A stretch of DNA of 64,000 nt from the human T2T-CHM13v2.0 reference genome, Homo sapiens: NCBI RefSeq assembly GCF_009914755.1, contig NC_060931.1; one strand, given 5' to 3'. Position numbers and translations under genes: made by a program. Below, in pieces: positions 1 to 14,839 of the stretch. The notes below the pieces were generated by a model. The model was not told where the DNA came from and searched no databases. It was given only the letters and a program-made list of their open reading frames with translations. Numbering within the stretch: the stretch's first letter is position 1; each line of letters opens with the position of its first letter.

Positions 1-1392
1 GAGTTATAAGATTCAAATGTCCAGTTTTGAACAAGAAACAATCACAAGACCCTCAAAGAAATAGAAAAGTATGGCACGTTCAAAGAAACAAATCAACAGA
101 AACCATCACTGAGGAAGCGCTGACAGCAGACTTACTAGACAGTAACTTTAAAACAACTGTTTGAAAGATGCTGAAGGAGCTAAAGGAAAACAAAGACAGG
201 AGAACAGTATATGAACAAAATGAGAATATCAATAAATAGAAATTTTATAAAGGAAGCAAATTCTGGAACTATAAAAAGTACAATAACTGAAATGAAAAAT
301 TCCCTAAAGGGTTCAAAATATTTAAGCAGGTAGAAGAACCACTCAATGAGCTTGAAGATAGGGCAATTGAAACTGTTGAATCTGGGGAATCAAAAGAAAA
401 AAAATGAAGAAAGTAAATGAAAACCTAAGGAACCTACCTATGGAATGCCATAAATGAGACCAGAAGTAGAGAGGCAAGGGCAGAAAGTATATTTAAAGAA
501 AGTTCAACAGAAAACTGCTCATATTTGATTAAAAAAAAAATGTATCTACAAACCCAATTAGCATAACAAACTCTGGATAGGATAAGCTCAAGGAAACACA
601 CACCAAGACACTTCATTGAAGACAAAAGAAAACCTTGAAAGCAGCAAGAGAGAAGTAATTTATCACATACAAGAGATTCTCAAGATTATCAGCATATTTT
701 TCATCAGAAACTTTGGGAATCAGAAGAGAATGGGCTCATATATGAAAACTGCTGAAAGAAAGAAAACCTGTTAGAATTCTACATCTAACAACTGTCCTTT
801 AGAAATGAGGAAGAAATTAATACCTTCCCAGATAAAAGCTGAGGGAGTTCATTATCATTCTTTGCAAGAAATGCTAGAAGGAGTCTTTCAGGTTGAAACG
901 CTGAACACTATAAACTTCTTTAAAAGAACACTAAGCATCTTACAACTTGAAGTTGTAAGAAGAAATAGAGATCTCCAGTAAAGGTAAATACATGGACAGT
1001 TATAAAATCTAGTATATTCTAATGATGGTTTGTAACTCTTTTTATTTTCTACATGATTAAAAAGACAGATCCATTAACAACTGCTAATATTGGGTGCACA
1101 ACGTATAAAGATGTAATTTGTGATGTCAGTAACAGTAAGGGAGACAGCAGTACAGGAGCAGAGTTCTGTATGTTATTCAAATTAGGTTGATATAAATTCG
1201 ATTTAGGTTGTTGTAATGTTAGGATGTCAAGTGTAATCCCCGTGTCACTATAAAAAATGAACTAAACACGAAAGGCAGTAATGGAGGAAATGAGGAACCA
1301 AAAAAAAAAAAAAGTTTAAATGGCAGAAGTAAGTCCCTTCTTATCAGTAAGTACTTTAAATGTAAAATGGATTGAATTCTCCAATCAAGAGA
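1..1392 (+). mobile_element. Old L1M fragment (ORF1 region through start of ORF2 endonuclease)
   Basis: A-rich decayed ORF1; 1320-1390 resembles the ORF2 start (tcagtaagtactttaaatgtaaaatgggattgaattctccaatcaaga ~ ITLNVNGLNSPIK). Confidence 0.8.
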
Positions 1393-1924
1393 GATTGGAG
1401 ATGGCAGACCAGGAAGCTCCAGGCCCACATTTCCCCAAGGAAACATTGAGGGGAAAAAAAAACAACTAGGCACTCACTAGGAGCTCTGGGAACCAGCCAA
1501 AGGTCTATAGCAACCAGCTGAACACCCAATCAAGAAAAAGCCACATTGAAAATAGTTTTTATGTCATTTTTATTTGCCCTTCCCCCATTCCTCCCTGGCA
1601 CAACTGGGTGTTTGGGAGGAAGCAGCCCAATTTCCAGTGTCTTCCCTTGCACCGGAGGGAGCAGAGCAGAACTGATTTGCAGTGTTCTGCCCTGTCTTTG
1701 GGCTACCTGAAGGACTGGTTTCTATGTCATCTGACTCAGAGGTGAAACAGGGAAGGTGGCATAGTTCAGATCTCAGGCTGGCAAGAGCCATGGAAGGCAG
1801 TGGCAGGTACGACATGTAAAATCTGCCAGGGGCACCACAGTGGATACCTGGGGCAAGAGATTATGGGCAGAAAATATAAGAGAACATCTTATTCCTAAGA
1901 AGCAGCTGGGTTAAGACCCTTTGA

Positions 1925-2231
<307 letters not shown>

Positions 2232-3101
2232 AAAAATTAAGACTTTGAAAAGCAGCCATGTATATGGTATAAACGAAAGAAAAACAGAGGCCCCTAAAAG
2301 ACCTGAGATGACCTTAAGCTGTCGCCTCAGGCTGATAGCAACTATTACGATATACCCTCTGAATTAGTGAAGCTTTTCCCCACCACTCTTCAAAGACTGG
2401 AAGAGATGACTGCTTTTGCGAATGCCCAGTTTAAAAAAAAAAAAAAAATCACAAGGAATACAAAGAAACAGGAAAACATGTCCCATTCAAAGGAACAAAA
2501 TATATCTCTAGAAACCATCCCTGAAGAAACAAAGGCATCAGACTTGTTAGAAAAGACTTTAAAACAGTTGTCTTGAATATGCCCAGAGATCTATGGGAGA
2601 ACACGACAAAGGCCTAAAGGAGATCAGGATAGTGATGTATGAACAAAATGAGAATATCAACCAAAAATAGAAATTATCTAAAAGAACCAAATTCTGGCAC
2701 TGAAAAATACAATAAATGAAGTATTCAATACAGTGGTTCAACACCAGACTCAAACAGGCAAAAGAAAGAATCAGACACCTTAGAAAACTGATCATTTGAA
2801 ATCACTGAACTGGACGAGCAAAGAGAAAAAATGAAGAGAGCTCAAGGGATTTATGGAACACATCAAGGTGTCCGATTTAGGACAGGTCCAATTTAGGAAA
2901 TTCCAGAAAGAGAAGAAAGGAAGAGGACAGAGCTTATTTGAAAAAATAATGGACAAAACTTTCTCAAATTGGAAGAAAGAAATGGACATACAAATTTAAG
3001 AAGCTTGACAAATTTCAGCTAGGATAAACCCAGAGAGGCTCACAGCAAAGGCGAAGGGTGAAATAGCTCCACTATAATAGTAGAAAGCTTCAGTACCCCA
3101 C

Positions 3102-3388
<287 letters not shown>

Positions 3389-4570
3389 CAATACCCCACT
3401 TTCAATAAATTATTAATAGAACAACTAGACAGAGGATCAATAAGGAAATACAGGACTTGAACAACACTGTAGACCAACTGGACCTAACAGACATACACAA
3501 ACACTCCACCCAACAGCAGAGTACACATTCTTCTCAAATACACATGGAACATTCATTCTCCAGAATAGACTGTCTCCAGAGAGGTCATAAAACAAGTCTC
3601 AATAAATTTAAGAAGACTGAAGTCACACAAAGTATTTTCTCTGACCACAACAGAATGAAGCTAAAAATCAGTAACAGAAGGAAACTGGGAAATTCATAAA
3701 TATGTGGAAATGAAACAAGATGCTTTCAAACAACCAGTGGGTCAAAGAATAAATCACAAGGGAAATTAGAAAATATCTTGAGACAAATGAAAACACAACA
3801 TACCAAAACTTATGGAATGCAGCGAAAGCAGTGCTAAGAAGGATTATTCACCATGACCAAGGAAACTTATGGCTGTAAATCTTTATATTAAAAAGAAGGT
3901 TAAAAATGAACAACTTACATTATACCTGAAGGAATTAGGAAAAAAAGAACAAACTAAACCCAAAGCTAACAGAAGAAAATAAATACTATAGCAGAGGAAA
4001 TAAAAGACAAATGACAAAAATCAGTGAAGCTAAGAGTTGGTTCTTCAAAAAGATCAACAAGATTGACAAAACTTTAGATGATTAAGAAGGAAGAATCAGC
4101 TAAAAGGAAAGAGGGGACATTATTACCAATGTTACAGAAATATAAAGGATCGTAGAGTATCATGAACAACTGTATGCCAACAAATTGAATAACCTAGATG
4201 AAATGGATTCCTAGAACTCTACAACCTACCAAGACCGAATCATAAAGAAACAAAATCTGAATAGACTGATAACTAGTAAGAAGATTGAATCAAAAATCTA
4301 AAACGTCCCAACAAAGAAAAGCTCAAGACCAGATGGCTTCACTGGTGAATTCTAGCAAACATTTAAAGCAGAATTAATGCCAGTCTTTCTCAAACTCTTC
4401 CAAATAGTTGAAAAGGAAAGAATGCTTCCTAACTTATTCTATGAGACTAGTATTACGGTGATTTTTGAAAGCCAGACAAAAACACTACAAGAAAACTATA
4501 GACCAATATCTGTTATGAATATAGATGTAAAAATCCTCAACAAAATATTAGCAAATTGAATCCAACAGCA

Positions 4571-4864
<294 letters not shown>

Positions 4865-5496
4865 CCAAGACCATATTAAAAGAATTATTCACCACAACCA
4901 AGTGGAATTTATCCCAGGAAGGGAAAGGTGGCCCAACATAAGAAAAATCAATCAATGTAACACATCACATTAATAGAACACAGGGAAAAAAACATGTACA
5001 TCTCAACTGATACAGAAGGGCATTTTACTTATAAACATTCCCTCTGAGATCAGGAACAAGAAAAAAATTCCCACTTTTACCACAGCTATTCAACATTGTA
5101 CTGGAAAGTATAAGCCAGAGCTAATAGATAAAAAATAAAAGGCATCCAAGTTGGAAGGAAAAGGTAAAGCTATCTCCTACAGATAGAAAATTGCAAAGAA
5201 TTCACAAGAAAGCCACTAGAGCCAGGAAACGAATTTTTGCAGTTTTAGGGTACAAGATTGACACACAAATGCAGTTATGTTTCTATATACTAGCAATGAA
5301 TGTCCACAAAAGAGCTTAAGAAAGCAATTATGTTTATAATAGCATCTAAAAGAATAAAGCTAACCATGCAGGTGCAAGACTTGCCAGTTGTCTGCCGAAA
5401 ACAAAATATTGTATAAAGAAGTTAAAGAAAACTTAAGTAAATTGAAAAGACATCCCATGTTCATAGATTGGAAGACTTAACTTTGTTAAGATGTCA

Positions 5497-6200
<704 letters not shown>

Positions 6201-6202
6201 TA

Positions 6203-6559
<357 letters not shown>

Positions 6560-6776
6560 TCAATCCCATGTTTTTTCCCGATAGAGCACTTTCAGCCCAC
6601 TACCATATTGCCATTAGTTTCCCTTACAATTCTATCCTTATCTCTGTCCTTCTTCCTTGGAAGGCCCTTGCCAGTATTCCTGCTGCCTACACACTTCCTT
6701 TCTTGTGGGTTTGCAAAGACACTAGAATCTCATTTCCACACCAAAATAACAGACGCCAAAAATGTAAAGTCGTGAG

Positions 6777-6782
6777 TTTATT
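6777..6782 (-). terminator. Distal polyadenylation signal AATAAA
   Basis: tttatt on +; followed on - by a GU/U-rich downstream element (TTTTGGCGTCTGTTATTTTGGTGTGG); UGUA motifs upstream. Confidence 0.85.
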
Positions 6783-6983
6783 GCATATGTAACAAAATGA
6801 ACCTGACCTCCTGGGCCCAGCCTGCTGTACAATCACTGTTTGTTTTGTGTTTCCAGCTGGTTCCATAACCACATTAAATAGAACTAGTATTTCATTAAAT
6901 ACTTTTGATTTTGACATAGAACATTAGTGTACAACTTTCACAAAATAAATCAGTGATAAAAACAGTGGGAAGGATAACAAGGA

Positions 6984-6991
6984 TAGCAGCA
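6984..6991 (-). promoter_or_regulatory. miR-15/16/195/424/497 8mer site (TGCTGCTA)
   Basis: exact seed match in the AU-rich distal 3' UTR. Confidence 0.65.
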
Positions 6992-7039
6992 ATACTTCAA
7001 AACAAGACATTACAAAATAAATTAAAAAATACGTTATAA

Positions 7040-7046
7040 AGTGGTT
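7040..7046 (-). promoter_or_regulatory. miR-140-5p 7mer-m8 site (AACCACT)
   Basis: exact seed match in the 3' UTR. Confidence 0.5.
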
Positions 7047-7359
7047 GAGAAACAAAAATAAACACATTTTTAAAATCCATACTATGTTTCGGGAAGGCTG
7101 CCGTGTGGCACACACCTGGCTGCAGATGGCGGGTGGGGGGACATTTTCTCTGCAGAAGGCCTTTCCTGACATCTCGGGTTGGGTGACCACCTTAATCTGA
7201 ATTTGGACCATACGTCCGAACAAGCTCAGGGGTCGAAATTCGATCTGGTGGCAGATTCTCTTTTCAGAACTTGAGAGAGCCCTTTTCCGGTCGCCCCGGG
7301 CCTCCCAGGCAGCCTCAGCTCTTCCTACTGAAAGCACTGGCGGAGTGGTGTTAGCTACA

Positions 7360-7367
7360 TCCCTGAG
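7360..7367 (-). promoter_or_regulatory. miR-125a/b-5p 8mer site (CTCAGGGA)
   Basis: exact seed match in the 3' UTR. Confidence 0.5.
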
Positions 7368-8655
7368 TGTCGGCTGACGGCCGCTGGTGAGGGCAAGCCT
7401 GAAAAGCCGGGCCCCTGAAGCATCTGGGCAGAGGGGCAGGGGGCATGGCTGGATCGCCTGGGACCACCGAGAGGGGCAACACAGATCACACGTGAGTGGG
7501 CTTCGCGCGGACCCAAAGTAGAACAGTCGGGAAGCTTTTACCATTTGCTTTGCCATGTTGAGTTCTTTGGGGTGGTTCAAAAGGACCAAACAAACCATCG
7601 TAGAAACTGAAGGTTCTAGGAGTGCAGTGCCACCGACAGGGAGGCCTGTTTGGAAAGAGTGAACCGGAGCTCTGGAAAGGTCTGCGACACTCACACAACC
7701 GATGACAAGGCGGCAAACCCACACGCAGGTAGAAGTGGAAAAGCAGAGACGGAGGCCAGGATGGGAACGCGTGTGTCCACCGGGGTCACCTGTGGAGGAC
7801 CCGGGACCCAGCCCTCTGGCTCTGGGCTGAAGCAACACCCGGCACGAGAGGCAGGGCAGCACCAACCAGCATGGGGATGGCGGTGCAGCTGCTAAGGCTC
7901 GCCCCCGACTCCTCCCAACAGCAAAAAGGTAGTTTTAAAGGCGTCAAATGCAACATTCCTGCTTCAAAGTCTTTTAAACCATGAGACCCTGGTTTCCTTC
8001 CTAGTTACTGAAGATTTTGGATACCACCACCAGGAAAATCAGGTGGGGCCTCTGACCTCATCCCGGAGGCCGCTTCAGTTCTCGAATGGATGTCTCTTCC
8101 GCCTCCCGCGGGTTAGGCTCGTGATAGAGAGTGGGCTGTCCGGGGGAGGTCTGTAGTTTTCACTTCCTCACCTTCAAGAGGAAGATGATGCAAGGAAAGG
8201 CTGGATACAGCCACTGGGGAACGGGCTTCTAGAACACCCTCAGGAAGCATCATGGTGAATGAGACACAGGATGTGCCCACCTGTGGGGGCAAGGCAGAAC
8301 TTTTCAAAGAGGCTAAGCCCACCATTTGGCCTGGACTTTTGGAATGGGGGATTAAACTTTCCTCCTGCAGCAAACCTCATTTGGCAGCCCTTCTATTCTA
8401 GAACCTCAGCAGCCCAGAAATTAACAGTGACAAAAAGAACAGATAAAACCATTGTCCACAAGGTCCTTCCCAGGCCATCTCAGACCCACAGCGGGATCCC
8501 AGAGACTTCGACAGCAGTGAAATGTCTTGCTCATGAATTACCCTGTACTTGCCCCCACCCCAAACAAAAACAACAACAAAGAAACCACATAGGAACATTG
8601 GCCTGCTGTTTTCTGCCCAAGTTCAGCTATTGGAAATCAAGCCACTTTAAGATAA

Positions 8656-8675
8656 AATACTGACTTTTGTGCAAA
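8656..8675 (-). promoter_or_regulatory. Adjacent miR-19 8mer (TTTGCACA, 8668-8675) and miR-200bc/429 7mer-m8 (CAGTATT, 8656-8662)
   Basis: exact seed matches 5 nt apart. Confidence 0.5.
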
Positions 8676-9670
8676 CTGGAAATGGTGTCAGAAACTTCGA
8701 ATCTAGCCTTGCTTCTGGCCTTGCTCATCATATGAAGACATCTGGGCAAGTGAACCGAGTAGCAATCGTTAGTGTCACCAGCTGCCACTGGGAAAGGGGC
8801 CACATGAGGCAGTGAGTGTGAAGTCGTCCCCCTCTGCTGTCACAGGTTTGCGTCCACACCCTACTTTTTGTAGAACAGTATCTTTGGGTGGATTTACATC
8901 ATCGAGGTTATCCTTTCACCATTGCTTTTAAGCGAGTTCACACCAAGCCAGCAGCTATGATGACACAATTTTGTTAGTTTAGCTCTTAGCAGTTGCTGCA
9001 TCATGGTTTACTAATATTTTAAGTGACACAGTCGATGCTCTTCTATGGACAACAGTGGCACAGAGGTCACAGCTTTGGGACTGACTGGTTGGCTCTAGGG
9101 CTGATTTTGGTCTGCTCTTTCCTACACTCCATGACATGGTGTTTTCACTGAAAAAAAAGTCAAACTGGACAGATAATGCAGCAAAAGGGACCCTTAAAAG
9201 ATCGTTTTTCTCTATGTAAAACAAAATTTTCAGCCAAGATACCCAGAAAAGAAATATCCTGGGCCTCCAGGAAAAGCTGCTCCAATTCCTTCTCCTTTCA
9301 AAGGGGAAACACATTTTGACTCAAGCTTCCTGCTGTGGCAGAATTCCAATAAGCATACATTATATAGTTATTTTCCAGTTGGAAATTGATCTGCTACCCA
9401 GAACCGGCTGCTGGGATGTGAAATCTGGAATCTGAGCTCTGATAAGATATCTAGCAGCTGCTCAAATTGAAAAGGGGCCTCAAGGCTGTTTTGAGATGGA
9501 ATAGCTGGCATAGCCACCAGTTCCAAACCCTCAATCAGCCACGCCCAGTCCCCTAACTGTGAGTTGATGCTCCCGTAAAGAGCTCAGGGCTGTGAGCCTT
9601 ATCACCACATGGGTTGCAACACAGCAGAATATCCTGTGTGACCAAAGCCAAAGGCTAAACCTGGCTGCAT

Positions 9671-9676
9671 TTTATT
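9671..9676 (-). terminator. Candidate proximal polyadenylation signal AATAAA
   Basis: AATAAA ~235 nt after the stop, followed by TTTGGCTTTGGT. Confidence 0.45.
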
Positions 9677-9908
9677 GGATGGGTGATGGAAGTGGGTGGG
9701 AGTACTATGGTAAAGGAGGGATATATGGGTGGGAGCCACCAACAAAAGTCCCCCATCCCCCTCCCCCAACAGAAAGGAGAGAGACAACCCTTTCCCCTCA
9801 GGTGATCTGGAATTCCAGGGCCTCTGCCAGCTTTGCAGGAGGTGCACAGAAGCTGGATGCTTTTGGTCTGGTGGCCATGAGCTAGACTCTGTTGCCTTTG
9901 GTTGCTTT

Positions 9909-10169
<261 letters not shown>

Positions 10170-10179
10170 CTAATACAAA

Positions 10180-10309
10180 GATTTGTAATTTGTTTTTGCT
10201 TTTTGGTAGAGACAGGGTCTCGCTAGGTTGCCCAGGCTGCTCTCAAACTCCTGGCCTCAAGTGAACCTCCTGCCTTGCCCTCTCAACGTGCTGGGAGCCA
10301 CTGTGCCCA
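10180..10309 (-). mobile_element. FLAM/AluJ monomer
   Basis: single Alu arm. Confidence 0.75.
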
Positions 10310-11019
10310 ATCAACACACAGTAAAGTAAGTCTTGGGCCTTCACAACCAAAACATAACCAAGTTACTATTTACTGCTTCTATCAGGACAAAGCTCTCCAC
10401 TTGTTTTCTGTTTGTCTGTCTTTGGGAGAAATTCTTTCTCTGTACTGGGAATGCCTCTTTGGCAGCCCCTGTAACCTAGACTGGCTGTCAGGCAACGTCA
10501 CCACTAACGATGTACTGCGTGTCTGTCTGTTCCTCTGGGACTTGATCTGAGACCAAAACAGGGCAGTCTGGAAAATTCCCTGCAAAAACAAAATAGATCT
10601 CAAAACTAACAAGATGACAGATCCTTAAAAGATGAAATGAATATTCAACTTCTGACTCGATATTTCCAGGGGGAAGCTCATTTCCAGTATTTGTGCAAAG
10701 AAAAAGACATCCTTTAAGAAGCTATCGTAGCAAACCAAAAAATACAAAATTGTGACCCAGAGGATGTACAGTGACTTCTGGCTTTCTAGGGTAAGCAATT
10801 AAGGATGGTTTCTGTCTCTACAGAGCTGGGTTCCAGGGCGGGCACTCTTTTTTCTGGAGCTTCAGAGCATACTTTCCACATCCATCTAACTCCAAGCACT
10901 AAACTACTAAAGGACAAAAGCCTTGTGAGTAGGGTGTGCAGCCAACATGGTGCGTTCCCGTAATGGACGCCACAGCCATGCTTGGAGCAGGACCTTGGCA
11001 CCCACCATGGTCCAGGACC

Positions 11020-11140
11020 AGCTGCATTACCCCATTTCACAGGTGTGGAAAACCAAGTTAGAATATGAAGTCACTTGCCCCAAATCACATGTCAGAGGGT
11101 GTCACAGCTAGCATCTGACCCCGCATCCTTGGGTTCCAAG
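11020..11140 (-). mobile_element. MIR
   Basis: ccccatttcacaggtgtggaaaacc...gaagtcacttgccc core. Confidence 0.6.
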
Positions 11141-11711
11141 ACAGGAACCTTCCATCATCTCACGGGGCATCTCAGCAGCATCTAGAACTGGTTCCCCCAA
11201 GGAAATGTGGCTACTCGTCTCAATGGATGGTTCCAGGACAAAGTGTACGCAAGTGATTGTATTTGTAAACCATACAGGAAATAATCTACTATGGAGACTC
11301 GTTTTTAAGTTAAAATTTAGGAAGAAAACATTTGCAATAGACAAGGTACGTGTGTCATAAGCAGGATTCCAAGAAGATGGGGACCCAGAAATGTCAGATA
11401 AAGTGAAGCCCAATACATCCAAACTAAAAACTATACAATTTTCCTTACCAACAGGTGTGTGTACATAAGACCTGGCAGAGAGGAAGACTTGAGCCTGCTG
11501 GAGTGGTAGCCACACTCCACTGAAACACCAATATTAATTAATTACATGGCTCATAACAAAATTAGTTTCATAAGAGACTCTGACAACCTTTGTGTGGGAC
11601 GCTGCAAAGTACTTGTCCCATCTGACACAAGCACTACTGCCAGTCATTGAGAATTGGCATAAATGAAACAGAGTCCTACAAATCGGAAAACAGCTTTAAA
11701 AAATAACATGA

Positions 11712-12008
<297 letters not shown>

Positions 12009-12361
12009 TCAAGAGAAAATCTATATTTAAATTTTAGGTTATATATACTGTAAGAAAGATGTATGTTAAGTTTAGCAATAATGTTGGCCCTCTTACAGGT
12101 ATTTTTTTACATGGCCAGTAAAGCCGCTCTATACAGTGTCGTAATGTCGGGGGGAAAGTCTCTTGCTTGAGGGCTTCAGAATTGTCATTCAACTCTAGAA
12201 TTTCTCCTTCTGTCTCAGGTGCTGTGGCTTTTGAGTTCTGATGATGACAAAAATATTTTGGCAGAGACTCCATCTCAAAAAAAAACAACAAAAAAAAAAC
12301 GTGAACGTCAGCATCCTCTGGGGCTCCCAGGACGCCGTGACTTCCTGGCCGCGGTGCTTAC

Positions 12362-12446
12362 CAGGTATGGGCCTTCGGAAGGTTGTCTGTGTTCGCGTCT
12401 ATCAGGTGGATGGTGAACAGCCGGGGCCCTGCCGCGCCTGTAGAAC
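12362..12446 (-). CDS. SMURF1: SMURF1 exon 18 (85 nt, HECT C-lobe: GSTGAAGPRLFTIHLIDANTDNLPKAHT; alternative acceptor at 12437)
   Basis: taag|GTTCTACAG|GCGCG...ACCTG|gtaagc. Confidence 0.96.
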
Positions 12447-12647
12447 CTTACAAGACAACATTCTAGTTAATGTACTTCAGAGTTACAGCCGTGGCGCTTC
12501 CCGGCCACACAGCCCCCAGGAGCAGGGCCCTGACCACATTCCCACCCCCACACCCAGGCAGGCTGTCCTGTGAGAGGGCCATGAGGTTCCCAGGCCTGGT
12601 TTTAGGACATGCCTGCAATGGCTATCAAAGTGACAAAATTCAGACAC

Positions 12648-12933
12648 TTTTTTGAGACAGGGTCTCACTCTGTTGCTCAGGCTGGAGTGCAGTGGGGCAG
12701 TCTCGGCTCACTGCAACATCTGACTGCCGGGTTCAAGCAATTCTCCTGCCTCCCGAGTAGCTGGGATAACAGGTACATGCCACCACGCCTGGCTAATTGT
12801 TGTATTTTTAGTAGAGACGGGGTTTTGCCATGTTTCCCAGGCTGGTCTGGAACTCCTGGATCACCTCAGGTGATCCACCTGCCTCGGCCTCCCAGAGTGC
12901 TGGGATTACAGGCGTGAGCCACCACACTCAGCC
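12648..12933 (-). mobile_element. AluS
   Basis: Alu consensus. Confidence 0.9.
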
Positions 12934-13854
12934 AAGATGCCAACATTTTAGAATATCGCAGGGGGCAGAGCAAGGACTGCTAAGGCCCCCCCTAAAGTGC
13001 ACCCTGACCATGGGCCTGCTCCAGACAGGCTCCCTGAGGGTCAGAGCTATTTGTACCCACCCTCTGGAATAGACGACTTGCCCACCAGTTCTGTAGGGCA
13101 GGGAGAGGCACCAGGCCCCTTCTTGCTCAGGTGTTTCCAAACTCAGCCCCAAGTGAGCACCAGGCTGGCCAGCAGCCACCACTGCTGCTGCAAAGACGGC
13201 TAGCTGACAGGGGTGCCAGGTGCTGGGAAAGGAGGGCGCAGAGGGCACGGGCCTTGGCTCTGCTGCCCCTTGCTCCTGTGTATTCACAGATACTCCTTTC
13301 AAGCTGGGCCAAGGTCAGTGGCAGGACAGGACTCCGGGAGCAATGAGGACCAGCAGAGACACCATCTTTATGTTGGGCAGAGGGTCTCAGTGTGCAGCCC
13401 CTGGTTTCTGGGGTCCTGGGACAGGAAGCTGGCTCCTCCCCCTCACAGGCCACACCCTCCAAGCCCCAGCCTCCTGGGGAGTCAGGACAGGCTGGGCCAG
13501 GTGAGGGCCTTCAGAGACCTCCTGCAGGGCCCTGGCCACTCTGCCCGGGCCACCATTCAGTGCCCTCCCACAGCACCAGCACTCCCTGTTCGGGACTGTG
13601 ACCCTGGTCACCTCTGACCCACCTTCTAGACACTTGGAGGACACTGGGCTAAAGTCTATCCAATTATTGGAGGACTAATGAGACCCTTACAATGACAGGG
13701 ACTATCTCTAAGCAGGAAGGTTTAGCATGTGGACCTGCTGTGGGCAAGACAATGGCGCCATGAGAAAAGTGACTTGGTCAGGAAGCCTGGATTCCTGCCC
13801 TGCCTCCCCACTCACACCTCCTGTTTTTTTTCCTCGGGGGGATAATAAATCCCA

Positions 13855-13965
13855 TGACCTCAGTGAGTCTCGGCTTCCTCATCCATGGAATGGGGCTAAT
13901 AATCCCCATCAGCCAGGCTCTCGGGGTTGTTGGGAGAACTGAATGAGAAAGGCTTTGTAAATGAC
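13855..13965 (+). mobile_element. MIR
   Basis: gagtctcggcttcctcatccatggaatggggctaataat core. Confidence 0.65.
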
Positions 13966-14839
13966 AGGCACCAGCAAGCTCTGGGAGCAGCTGTCATGGT
14001 CAGGCAGACAGAGGCTCCCAGATACGAGCGGGGCTCAGCCTCAAACCCCTTTTTATCCATGCTGGGCCCCCAGCAGCAAATCTATAGGCAGAGGTCACAA
14101 TGGAAAAGATGCAGGTGCCCTGATGGCCAAAGCCGACTGAAATGGAATTAACCTCATTTTACTCAGCGAGGCAGAGGGAATATTCTGTGTTTACAATGTG
14201 TCTGTGTGTCTATCAGCATTTACAGTCCAATCAGCTAAATTTCAGTATGGTGACACCCTTCACTCACCTCACTCCTTCCAGCAACGTACCCTCCAAACCC
14301 TAAGTGTAAAAGATGAGACATTAGGCCGCCTGCCCTACAGGCAGATGGGCACCTTTCGCACAGAATTCCACCCCACTTCCGGCGACCTCAGTGGCTTAAA
14401 CAGAGTGAGCAGGACATCATCTTTCGGTGTGGTTGGTGGCTAAACGGGTTCATGTGCAGCTCCAAGCTTTGGAGCCACTGAGACTGGGGGCGGTTCCCCC
14501 ATAGCTCCCTCCCCGGGATCTTGGCTAAGCTGGCCTCACAGACACTCTGAAGGCCCCTGCTGTCCAGACCCTCTTGGCTTTTTGGAAGCAGTGAGGAGGG
14601 GGAATCCAGGTGCCCTGGAGTGGCTCCACAGTCTTTGCTCAGCGGGGCCCCACACCTGCTCACACACGGCCCCTGCCAGGTAACCACCTCTGTAGGGCAG
14701 AGCATTAGCTACTGGAGAACATTCCTTATGCCATTTTCTAGCACACATCTCAGAAAAACATCCCAGCCACCTTCCAGCTCTTCCTGCCCACAGCGCACAT
14801 AGACGCGTCATCGAATAGCCCTGCCTCCACGTCAGTCAC

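Larger units (their letters stand above)
6760..9908 (-). other. SMURF1: SMURF1 3' UTR (~3.1 kb)
   Basis: Alu-free stretch from the stop codon to the distal AATAAA; U-rich distal part; exact cleavage site estimated. Confidence 0.85.

Noticed and set aside
3457-4559. ORFs resembling endonuclease/reverse transcriptase
   Set aside because: Short remnants of a dead L1 ORF2 with stops and frameshifts; not an active or domesticated RT system
12928-14811. Many overlapping ORFs in GC-rich intron 17
   Set aside because: Expected from GC content; no domain and no consistent splice structure
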